Of a stretch of 49,867 bases of DNA, positions 38,775 through 49,867 are shown in pieces. The notes under the pieces are model-generated. The model was given only the letters and a program-made list of their open reading frames with translations. It did not search any database and was not told where the DNA came from. The stretch's first letter is position 1. Every line of letters starts with the position of its first letter. The DNA comes from Ginglymostoma cirratum (Eukaryota), in contig JAHRHZ010000018.1 in NCBI GenBank assembly GCA_024137785.1, positions 124,001 to 173,867 of the forward strand, written 5' to 3'. A program made the position numbers and the translations under genes.

Positions 38775-41629
38775 CTGACAGATACAGAAAAGAAATGGGA
38801 CTGATTGAGCAGAAAACCCTGTCACTCTCAAGGCAATAAAACAATGTGTTTCAGGTCAGGATCAGAAATGTACAGGAATGACCCCCTGTAGCACAGTCTG
38901 TCTGCATTTCCCAGAAATCAGGAGCTAGTGCTCTCCCAGAGGAATGGCTATTTCAACTGTCCACAATCTGCAATTTATGTTTTCGAAGGCCAATGATATG
39001 AATTTCTCCTTCAAGATCTCCCTTTGATCCTCACTGGCAACAACTTGACCATTTAGGGGAAGTGATCGCTTTGTGGTTTTATTACTAGACTATTGACCCA
39101 GCATCCCAGATATTGTTCTGCAGACCTGGGTTTGAATCCTGTCTTGGCAGAGGGTGAAACTTGAATTCAATAAATATCGGGAATATGAATCTAAAGATCA
39201 TTTTAACACCATTGCCAACTGTCAGAAATAACCTACCAGATTCAGTAATGTCCTTTAGCATCCTTCCCTGGTTTGTGACTCTAGGCCAACAACAATGTGG
39301 GTGACTCTCAACTACCCTCTAGGCAATTAGGGAAATGCAATTAATACTGATCTTGACTGTGATGCCCACATCCTGTGAATGAATAAAAACAAGATTTCCA
39401 TCCTAAATTAGCCCCCTCCAAACACTTCTCCCATGTGAAGCTGTAAACCTTTCTGTTTGGCCATTTCCCCTCTCTGCTCACTGTGTGGGTAGGTGTGTGT
39501 GGGAGTTGGGGGTTTTAGTGGTGAAATGCAGTCTGGGTGCCCACTTTGCTGAGCACATTTAGTTCACAGGCATGACCCTGAGCTTCTCATCCCTCTGTTC
39601 TCACTGTACCCAGTCTGACCTATCTGTCCTCGCCTCTCCCACACCTCTGTATAAAGGATTAATATGAGCTGAACCAAGCCACCTACAACCATGCAGAGTC
39701 AGCACTGAGCTCAACAATTTCAGATCATAAATATCTCTTCCAATTTAGAGTTCTGAAGAAAGGTCCCAACCCGAAACGTTGGCTTTCCTACTCCTCTGAT
39801 GCTGCCTGACCTATAGTGCTCCTCCAACTCCACACTGTGTTGACTCTGCTATTGCCATTCCCATCTCCTCTGGATCCTCCCTTCTCATCTCCAATCACCT
39901 TGCACCATCATTCCTTCATTCATTTAATCTCTCCTGCCCTCCACCTGTTATAGACCTCCCATTTTATCCTTCTCCTCTCCAACTATCCTTGTCTCTGTTT
40001 CTGCCAAAAGCCTGCAGGATCACTAACATTTCCCTGTTCCAATGAAAGTCACCAACCAGTAACTCTAACTCTGTTTCTCTCAGCACAGATGCTGCCAGAC
40101 CTGCTTAGTTTCTCCAGCAGATTCTGTATTTTTTATTTCAGATCTCCAGCATCTGCAGTATTTTGCTTTCATCTTAGTCTCTGATATTCTCTGGAGGAGT
40201 CAAAGGGGAGGACATTCAACCCAACAAGCCTTTGTCAGGTCACTGGAAAAGTTTCCCAATGAGTCTCACTCCTCCTGCTCTCTCCCCACAACCCAGGAAG
40301 CAATCCCTTTGCAAGCGTCTGCCCCATTCCCAAGGAAAGGAAGCTGGACTGAGAGTAAAGTCAAAAGACAAGGGGGTCAAAAAGAAAAGATGCAGAGGAT
40401 CTCCAAAGAGATGAAGAAACATACAACAAGAAGACAGCTCCAGATTAAAGAGTCACTAGCAACCCTGAACACAAGTCTAATGTTTTGCAGATTTAGGTTC
40501 AAATCCCACCATGGGATGGGAAATAAATGCTAGCCTAGCCAGTGATGTCCGCATCCATTGAATGATAAAGCAGCTGTCCCAGGTTACAAATGCCCTCCCT
40601 GACTCAGGTTGGCTTTCACAGTTTTAATTTGGCCAATCGACCAAACATGTGCTAAGAAGCTGCTGCCACCGACTTCCTCTTTATTCTGAGAAAATACCTT
40701 TCTCTTCAGTTAAATGAGGAGCTTTGAATTTTCTGTCTGCTTGCCTGCCTATCTATTCTCCTGCCTGTCTGTCTATCTGTCAGTCTATCTATCTGTTCAG
40801 TTGGTGTTCGATGCCATAGCCATCATGGGAATTGTGAACCCACCCAGCTCAATGACAGATGGAAGAGTCAACCCAGCAGCATTTCTCTATAAGAGCCTCC
40901 TATCTCCAGTGTAACTGACTATGGGATTGTTATCCCTGCTCCCGAGAGCTTGCATTGTGATGACATTGTCTATTTGTGATGCTTCTCTCTACATGTGTTG
41001 GCAGCAGTTTCAATGTCGCACTGAGCAGCCAGGGTCCCCAGAGCTGGGGAAATCCAACAACTAAATTAAAGTGATACCAACCAGATTCAGTCAGTAAGTG
41101 TGTCTTAGAGCACTGCATATGGGCCAGGAGCATTCCAGGATTTGCTACCCCTTTGCAAAAAATCCCCTGCCCTCCAAAACCTGCCCCTCACCTCTAAAGA
41201 CTTCCTCCAACTGCCTCCTGAAATCTGCCTCCTTCCCTCCCTCCCAGCTGTGCTCTATTCCTGTTCTCTTGTGATCTAACCCTCTTGCCCCGATGATCTA
41301 CATCAGCCTTCCTAGTGTTCAGTGCCAGATCCCCCATCTCCAGTCTTCTGGTCACAGAATGCACAAGTCTCAGTATCTCACTAAACTCAGGCTAAATAGG
41401 TTGGGACTCTACCCACTGGAGTTTAGAAGATTCAGAGGTGATTGCATTGAAACATACTGGATTTTTAAGGGATTTGACAAAGTAAGTGCTGAGAGAATGT
41501 TTCATTGGTGAATCTAGAGCTAGAGGGCATAGCCTCAGAATGAAGGGCACCAATTTAAGACTGAGATAAAGAGGAATTTCTTCTCTCAGAAGATTGAATC
41601 TCTTCAGAACTCTGTCAGAGCTGTGGGAA

Positions 41630-44170
41630 CAGAGTCATAGAGTCATACAGCATGGAAACAGAACCTTCAGTCCAACTAGTCCACGCTGACCATGATCCCA
41701 AACTAGTCCCACCTGGCTGCTCCTGACCCTTATACTTCCAAATCTTTCCTATTCGTGAAATTACTCAAATGTCTTCTAAAAGTGATAACTGCACCTACAT
41801 CCACCACTAGCTCTGACAGTTCATTCCACACCCGAACCACTCTCTGTGGATGAAAAGGTTGCCCTTCATGTTCTTTTAAAATCTTTATTCTCTCATCTTA
41901 AAAATATGCTCCCTAGTTTAGAATTCCCCTACCCTAGGGAAAAGAACCTTCTCATTCAACTTGTCCATGCCCCTCATGATGTTATAAACATCTATATCGT
42001 AACCCCTCAACCTCCTAGTGAAAATGTTCCAGCCTTTCCAGTCTATTTTTATATCTCAAAGTGTTTATTCCTGACAACATCCTGGTAAATCTTTTCTGAA
42101 CCTACTCTAGTTTAATAATATCCTTCCTATAACAGGAAGCAACCAGAACTGTACGTAATACTCCTGAAGAGGCCTCAACAGTGTCTGGTACAACTTCAAC
42201 ATGACATCCCAACTCCTATACTCAATGACAACAACAGCATCAGATCTGAGGAAGGGTCACTGGACCTGAAACGTTAACTCTGTTTTCTCCTTTACAGATG
42301 CTGCCAGAGCTGCTGAGCTTTTCCAGCAACTTTGTTTTTGTTCCTGATTAACAGCATTCGCAGTTCTTTTGGTTTTTATTTGGCTCCTATACTCAATGAT
42401 CTGAGCAATGAAGGCAAGCATGCTAAATGCCTTCTTAATCACCCTGTCTACATGTGATGCACATTTCAAACAATTACATACCTCTTTCTGTTCTAAAGCA
42501 CTGCTCAGGACACTGCCATGAATTGTATAAGTCCTGCCCTTGTCTCTATTACCAAGATGCAATGCCTCACATTTATTCAAATTAAACTCTTCTTTTTTTC
42601 TTTATTCATTCATGAGTTGAGGGTGTTGCTGACCAGGCAGCATTTAGTGCCCATCCCTAATTGCCCAGAGGCCAGTTTTGAGTCAACCACATTGTTGTGG
42701 GTTTAGAGTCAGATGTAGGCCAGACCAAGTGAGGATGGCAGTTTCCTTCCCTAAAGGACATTAGTGAACCAGATGCGTTTTTCCAACAATCGAAAATGGG
42801 TTCATGGTCATGATTAGATTCTTAATTCCAGATATTTTTATTGAATTCAAATTCCACCAACTGCCGTGGCAGAATTTGAACCTGGGTCCCCAGAATGTTA
42901 TCTGGGTCTCTGGATTAACAGTCCAACGATAATACCACTGTGCCATTGCCTCCCCTATTGCTGCTATTCAATCTTTTAACCAAATTGATTAGGATTTCTT
43001 TGTAATCTTAGATATCCTTCCTTACTCTCCCCTACACCATCAATTTTGATATCATCTGTGAGTTTTCTCACCAAGCCTCCTTTATTCTCATCTGAATCAT
43101 TTATGTAAGTGACAAACAAAAATGGACCTGGCACTGATCCTTGTGGAACATCGCTGGTCACAGGACTCCAGTCCAGAAAACAACCCTCCACGATCATTCT
43201 CTGTCTTCTGCCAGTAAGCCAATTTTGTATGTAATTGGCAAGCTCATCCTGAATCCCATGTGATCTAACTTTACTAATTAGTCTGCCATGCGGAAACTTG
43301 TTAAAGGCTTCACCAAAGTCCAAGTAAACAATATCTACCACCCTGCCCTCAACAATCTTCTTGGATACTTCATTAAAAAATTCAATCAGGTTGTAAGACA
43401 CGATTTCCCTAGCACAAAACCACGCTGACTATCCCTAATCAATCCTTGCCTCTCCAAAGCATGTAAATCCTATCCTTCAGAATCACCTCCAAAAACTTAC
43501 TCACCACCAATGTCAGATTCACAGGTTTACAGTTTCCAGACTTCTCCTTACAGTCCTTCTTAAACAATGGCCGAACTTTAGCTACTCTCCAATCCTCCAG
43601 TTCTTCAACCATATTTTTAGATGTTACAAATATTTCTCCTAGGGACCCTGAAATTTCCTCCCTAACTTTCTACAATGTCCTGGAAAACACTTGATCAGGT
43701 TTTGGAGATTTTTCCACTTTTATGATTACATGAAAGACCTTCAGCACTTCCTCTTCTGTAACGTGAACTGTTTACAAAACATCAATATTTGTTTCCCTGA
43801 GTTCTGTAGCCTCCAATTCTTTATCAATGATTAAAAACTGATTAATATCACTCCCAACTCCTGAAGTTCAAAATAAAGATGACCACATTGATCTTTAGAG
43901 GGTCCTTTCCTCTCTCTAGTTGCTCTCTTGCTCATAATGTATTTGTAGAATCATTTCAGGTTATTTTTAACCTTATCTGCCAATACTATCTCATATCCCC
44001 TCTTTGTCTTCCTGATTTCCTTAAGAATGCCCCTACACTCTTTGTATTCTTCAAGAGATTCATTTGAACCCAGTTGTCTATATCTAATATATGATTCTTT
44101 TTTATCCTTGACTAAAGCCTCATTGTTCCCTAATCTACCAGCCTTACCTTTGACTCTAACAGGAACATAC
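41630..44170 (-). mobile_element. CR1 LINE remnant with a nested SINE and a Penelope-like terminal piece
   Basis: NLIEFFNEVSKKIVEGRVVDIVYLDFGEAFNKFPH...VPQGSVPGPFLFVTYIND (42976-43401); 3' end near 41630; SINE at about 42600-42957. Confidence 0.85.
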
Positions 44171-45189
44171 ACTTTTGAGAAGCACTAAGGAGGCTCGTTT
44201 CAGTGAGTTTGCAAGCTTTCTGTCCAAGAGAATAAGCCTCTGGCATAAGGGGTGCTGTTAGCATAGCAGCCTCCAAATAACCCTGAGGAGAAGAGAAGTG
44301 GCTGAGTGGTTTAATGTCAATTACAGGAAACTCTAGAAACAGAAAATTTTGGAGAGGGAGTTTAAGGAATCCATGTCAAGAAATGCATTAGCTGCAGTAC
44401 CAGTTTAAGAGTCTCACAAAAAGGCATAATATTGAAAAAAATCGAGTGAGTGCAGACATTTTACTGGAAAGAAACCAACTAAGCTATGCCAATGAGAAAG
44501 AAACAATGTGGCTGATTGTTTGTATGTTTGTGGTTAAGGGTAAAATGGTTGAATTTTTATTTCTCATTTGCAGCAAGACCATTTCACATAGTTCTTATGT
44601 CATGTAGTTCATAGTTTCTTTCCCTTTGTGTGTGATAAATTTTGGTGTTCTTTTAGTAAAAACATGGTGCCAGCCTCTTGTGAGTAAGTTCAATAAGTAA
44701 TCACTACAGTATACAAATCGCAAAAGTAAAGATTATCTCTATCAAAGCAGATTTAACTCTGGGTTTGGGCTTGTTCAATATTCCCATCAGCTAGGATCAT
44801 AAAGTGGGGTTCTTGGTGGGATAGACCTTCATCACATTGTTAGGGATCTGTGAATCTTTGAAGAAAATGAAAGTACTGTACATTAGAATGGTTGCATTCT
44901 TGTGAAGCAAGGTACCTGGACGGAACTTTCAAAATGGCTTTGTCTGGCGCTGTAACTTCAAGGACTAGAAAATATATCATTGCATTATTTGAGATCTTTG
45001 ATTGCAGCTAAACTGAAAGTGCAATTGGGTAAATTTAAGGTAGAAATAAAAGGATTACATAAGGATGAGATGCTTAACAGTGAGTACTCAGCATTAAAAA
45101 TTAAAAAGAGGGATATTGGAAATTTATGCATCACTGCTAGAACTAGCTAATATTTAGTTAGGATTGAAATAATATGACTCAGAAAAGAT

Positions 45190-45492
45190 CATAGAATCCC
45201 TACGGTGAGGAAACAGGCCCTTTGGCCCAACAAGTCCCTCAGAGCACCTCACCCAGCCCCATATAACTCACCTCATCTACACATCCCTGAACACTATGGG
45301 CAATTTAACACAGCCAACGCACCTAGACTGCACATCTTTGGGCTGTGGGAGGAAACCAGAGCTCCACAGGAAGCCCACACTGACACAGGGAGGATGGGCA
45401 AACTCCACACAGCCAGTTGCCTGAGAGTGAAAGTGAACCCAGGATCCTGGCACTGTGAGGCAGCAGTGCTAACCACTGTGCCACCATGCTGC
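45190..45492 (-). mobile_element. HE1-like V-SINE
   Basis: Minus strand tggcacagtggttagcactgctgcctcacagtgccagg head plus the V-SINE core. Confidence 0.78.
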
Positions 45493-45809
45493 CAAGAAAG
45501 AAAATGAAAAAGGAAATGAGAAGAGTGGAGAAAGAGAAGCAAAGTGAAATGGAGAAAGAAAAGAAGAGAGAACTAGAAAGAAGAACACAACAGGAGAGAG
45601 ATAAAGAAAGAGCAATGGACTTAGAAAATTCAAAAAGCTAAAACTTCAAATGGAAGAGGAAAACATGTCTAGGCTAGAGAAAAACTTTAATTTAGAGAAG
45701 AAGTAATAGAATTTCAACCCATGAATCTGATTCCAATCAGGGATTTTATCAAAATTTGTACTCAGTACCTAGACTTCCAGTGGACAGAAGTGAAAGATAT
45801 TTCATCTCA

Positions 45810-47445
45810 TAGAGTCATAGAGCTAAACAGCACGGAAACAGGCAATTCATACTGACTCATCCATGCCAACCAGTTATCTCAAATTAATTTAGTCCCGTTT
45901 GCCAGCATTTGGCCCATATCCCTCTAAACCCTTCCTATTCATGTGCTCATTCAGATGCTTTTTGAATGTTGCAATTGTACCAGGCTCCACCACTTCCTCT
46001 GGCAGTTCATTCCATACACGTACCACCCACTGTGTAAAAAAGTTGCCCATTAAGTCCTTTTTAAATCTTTCCCCTCTCACCTTAAACATATGGCCTTTAG
46101 TTTCGGACTTCCCCATGCTGGGACAAAAGCCCTGCATGATTTTATAAACCTCAATAAGGTCACCCCGTTAGCCTCCAATGCTTCGGGGAAAATAACTCCA
46201 CCTAATCAGCTTCTCCTTGTTGCTCAAACCCTCCAACCCCAGCAAAACCCTTATGAATCTTTTCTGCACTGTTTCGAGGTTAACAACATTCTTCCTCTCA
46301 CAGCGAGACCAGAATTGAAAGCAGTATTCCAAAAGTGGCCTAACCAACTTCCTGCACAGCCACAACGGGACATTTTAACTCCTGTAATCAATGCACTGAC
46401 CAGTAAGGGCAAGCACACCAGATGCCTTCTTCACTATCCCATTTAACTAGATGAGAGGTAATGGTCTAGTGCTATTATCACTTGACTGTTAATGTAGGTA
46501 ATATTCTGGGGGCCTGAGTTCAAATCCCAACTACAGCAGGTAGTGGAATTTGCGTTCAACAAAATATCTGGACTTAAGAGTTTAATGTATAACCACTGTT
46601 GGGGAAAAACCCGTTTGGTTCAGATACAGAAGCCTGAACACATGCATCAGCAGGTTCAGGAACAGCTTCTTCCTGGTTGTTATTAGACTGATGAGTGGAG
46701 TCTCTAGCCTCAAATAATGATTGATCTTGCCGAGCGTCATGCCCTGTGCAATGTAACCTGTACCTCTGTCTAAGTTGTTTTTGATCTGTACTATGATCTG
46801 CCTGTACTGCTCATAAACAAAGCTTTTCGCTGTACTTCGGTACACGTGACAGTAAATCAAACAATCAGTCAATAATGTTCTTTAGGGAAAGAAACTGCCA
46901 ACCTTCCCTGGTCTGGCCTACATGTGACTCCCAGCCGACATGTGGTTGACTCTTAAATTCCCTATGGGCAATTAGGGATAGATAATAAATGCTGGTCTAA
47001 CCAGTGGTACTTTCATCCCGTGAATGAATAAAATCCCAAAATGCAACACCTCATATTTATCCGGATTAAACCCCTCTGCCACTCCTCGGCCCATTGTACT
47101 CTGCGATAACCATTTTCACTGTCCACTGCACCACCATGTTTGGTGACATTTGCAAACTTACTAACCATTCCTCCTATAGTCACATCAAAACCATTTATAT
47201 AAATGACAAAAAGCAGTGGACACGGCACTGACCTTTGTGGCACATCACTGGTTACAGACCTCTAGTCCAAATAACAACCGTAAACTATCACCATCTGTGT
47301 CCTACCTTCAAGCTAATTTTGTATCCAAATTGCTAGCTGTCCTTGGATTCCATGTGATCTAACCTCGTTAAAGTGTCTACCATGCGGAACCTTGCCGAAT
47401 GCCTTGTTGGTGCATACAGACAAAGTCCAGTGCTCTGCCTTCATC
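45810..47445 (-). mobile_element. CR1 fragment interrupted by a tRNA-SINE
   Basis: LVRPLLEYCFQFWS, FFTQWVVRVWNELP and PQRSVPCPLLFVIYING; SINE at about 46455-47030. Confidence 0.8.
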
Positions 47446-49867
47446 ATTTTAAAATATAGCTGTGATGTTGAAGTGATGAAAAGATAGTTGAACCTTAATG
47501 GTGAAGAATGTCCTGATGGAAACAGCTATGTGTACACCAGTTTATCAGAAGAACAATCTGCAGACTCTGAAGCTTTTAAAGGTGAACACTCAATGATTGT
47601 TCCTAAAATTTAAAAATTAGTTTTCAGTATTTTATGGAATAAACTTTACCAGAAATTTGTAGAATGTACGAGAGAAAATGAAATTATGGGATTGGTAGTT
47701 TTGATCAAAGTTAGAAAAGAATTTTGAGGATTTGAAGGAAATCATGGTGATGGAGGAATTCAACAGTAGTATTCTGGTAACCATCAAGGTTTATCTAAAA
47801 GAATGTCAAGTATCAAAAAAAATTGAGAAATCAAAATCCGGACCTCTCGCACAGACAGTTACATGTAGTGAAATGGCAATATGGGAATCAACACAGAAAT
47901 TGGAGAAATTGTAAATCTGCAGAGGAAAAGGTTAGTTTCACGGGAAAAACAGAAGGATAGCAAAATAATAAAGAGGAAAGGCTCAAAATTCAAAGCAAAA
48001 TCAAGAAACTTCTGGGCAGTTAGGAACAGACAATAAATGCCAGCCTAGCCAGAGACACCCACGTCCCAAGACTGAATACATAAAAGAATCTGACCAGCCA
48101 TGATCTTATTATCAAGTCACATGATACCAGGCAATAGTCCAACAGATTTATTTGAAATCAGCAATTGCAGATTTCAGATAAACCTGCTGGACTATAACTG
48201 GTGTCGTGTGACTTCTGACTTTGTCCACCCTAGTCCAACACTGGGATCTTCGTATCATGATCCTATTGAATAGAAGAGCAGGCTCAAAGTGTTGAACAGC
48301 CTACTCCTGTTCCTATTTCTTACAGTTTTACAGCCTTAAAGGTAAAGTTATGCGAGCTGTTCACAAACTGCCAGTTAGTGAGAAACACAGGTGATTTATG
48401 TTTATCAAGGAAATGGAAGTTGGAAGTTGAAGATAATCAATAAATTAGCTCGGTCCTTTTGTAGACAGCTTCAAAAAATGAGCAACACTGAAAATAGAAA
48501 CATAAGAGGACCTTCAACAAGAAAGGAAGCCTTTCTGGGTTTTACAGAAGTGGGAAATCCTCAACTGAAGGCATCGAATAAAGAAAAACTAAATAAGGAA
48601 GTGAGTGAAACACGGCAACTCAAAAAAAAAATGAGCAGTTGGTTCCTGCAAAAGGAGGAAAAGGAAGTCTTCAACCATGGTTTCGCATGAGGGAGGTAGA
48701 AACTGAAGCGCCTCATTCTAGTCAGGTCTGAAGTAGTCTGTAGCTGCCCTCAGAATTCAGAGTTAGGAGAGCAAGACTTCAAATTCCTTATCTGGACTTG
48801 GCAAAAACTTAATAGAAAGACAAGTGTTTATTCCCTGCAGTGCTTCAATCAAAGAACTCGCTAAACATCTTCCCAGTGTGATTCCATTCTCTATTGTGCT
48901 GTGACCCCAAAGTAAAAAGTTAAGACTCTAATTCTTCCAGACTCTTCATCGAGGATCACTTTTAACAGTTTGTCATTTGGATGAAACCCTACAGGGATGT
49001 GACATTTATCAATGTTTACTCCATCAGAAAGGAGGAGAGGAGGTTCAAGGGGAATACCAAGAGGGATGGAATGAAACAAAGAAATTAAAGGGCCTAAAAT
49101 AGTTGATCCTGTGAGTGACAGAAACAGAAAGTCATCTAAATATGATGTTTACAGCAGTTTTGAAGCTGGGTTTACAATCCTGAAAGGGATATATAGTCAC
49201 AGGAATTGCTGCTCCTTCAGTGTCACTGGGTCAAAATCCTGGAATTCCCTTTCCAAAGGCCGTTATGAGTTAACCTATATGGATTGCAGTGGACCAAGAA
49301 GACAGCTTACCACCACCTTTAAGGGACAACCAGGGACAAGCAATAAATACTGGCACAGCCAGATATGTCCAAGTCATGAAAGAATTAAACATTATTATAC
49401 AGGGAATAGCATGAAAACAAACTGTCTGACCCATTATCTCTGCACTAACCAAACAAGTTACCCTAATCTGACTTCCCAGTTCTTGGTCTAAACATTTGTG
49501 TTTACTTCCAGGTACTCAGGTGTGTTTGCAACTGGTTCTTAAATGCAGTGAGAGTTTCTGCCTCACTTGATTTTACAGGTACTGAGTCCAAATTGGTTCC
49601 AAACATGTCCTTTCACTGGCTATTAACTCCTGTGAGAGTTAGGGAGGTAGGAGCACAGCACTTTGAAGCAACATTGAACCATTTGACTCTTTGCGTCTGC
49701 ACTTAGATAAATGTGAGATATTACATTTTAGTAATAGAAACAAGGGCAAGACTTATACATTTACTGGTAGGGCCCTAGGTAGTGCTGCAGAATAGACAGA
49801 CCCAGGGTTTAGGTCCATAATTCATTGAAGTTTGCATCAAAGATAGATAGAAGTAGATAGAATCCCT

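Noticed and set aside
44170-45810. Second LTR/gag remnant on the + strand
   Set aside because: Only a degenerate PBS-like stretch (~44800-44822) and a purine-rich coiled-coil-like tract; too decayed to call.

Overview
Eukaryotic, intron-rich genomic DNA. The repeat content (HE1/V-SINE-like and other tRNA-SINEs, CR1 LINEs, Penelope-like elements, a 33-bp GGAGGGTCAGTGCTGAGGGAG minisatellite) points to a cartilaginous fish, probably a shark (inference). The main feature is a spliced minus-strand gene, about 7.9-30.9 kb, assembled here by hand from GT-AG sites with matching phases. It has four tandem single-exon V-set Ig domains, each ending in a germline-joined J-like motif (C-x-[VI]-W-x-x-I-x-G-x-G-[TS]-x-L-x-V), then an uncharged TM exon and a tail with an ITIM-like AVYATV, an ITIM (LYYADI) and an ITSM (TEYAAI). 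This predicts a non-rearranging, antigen-receptor-like inhibitory receptor of about 576 aa without its leader; I cannot assign a known gene name. The domains form an A-B-A'-B' pattern, and D2/D4 are about 91% identical although their flanking introns have diverged. The leader exon was not confidently found. The rest is mostly transposon debris: young Penelope-like insertions with target-site duplications and minimal hammerhead ribozyme motifs, a Gypsy-like LTR remnant with a tRNA-Pro-like primer-binding site, CR1 LINEs, SINEs, two minisatellites and a 400-N gap. Repeat boundaries are approximate.
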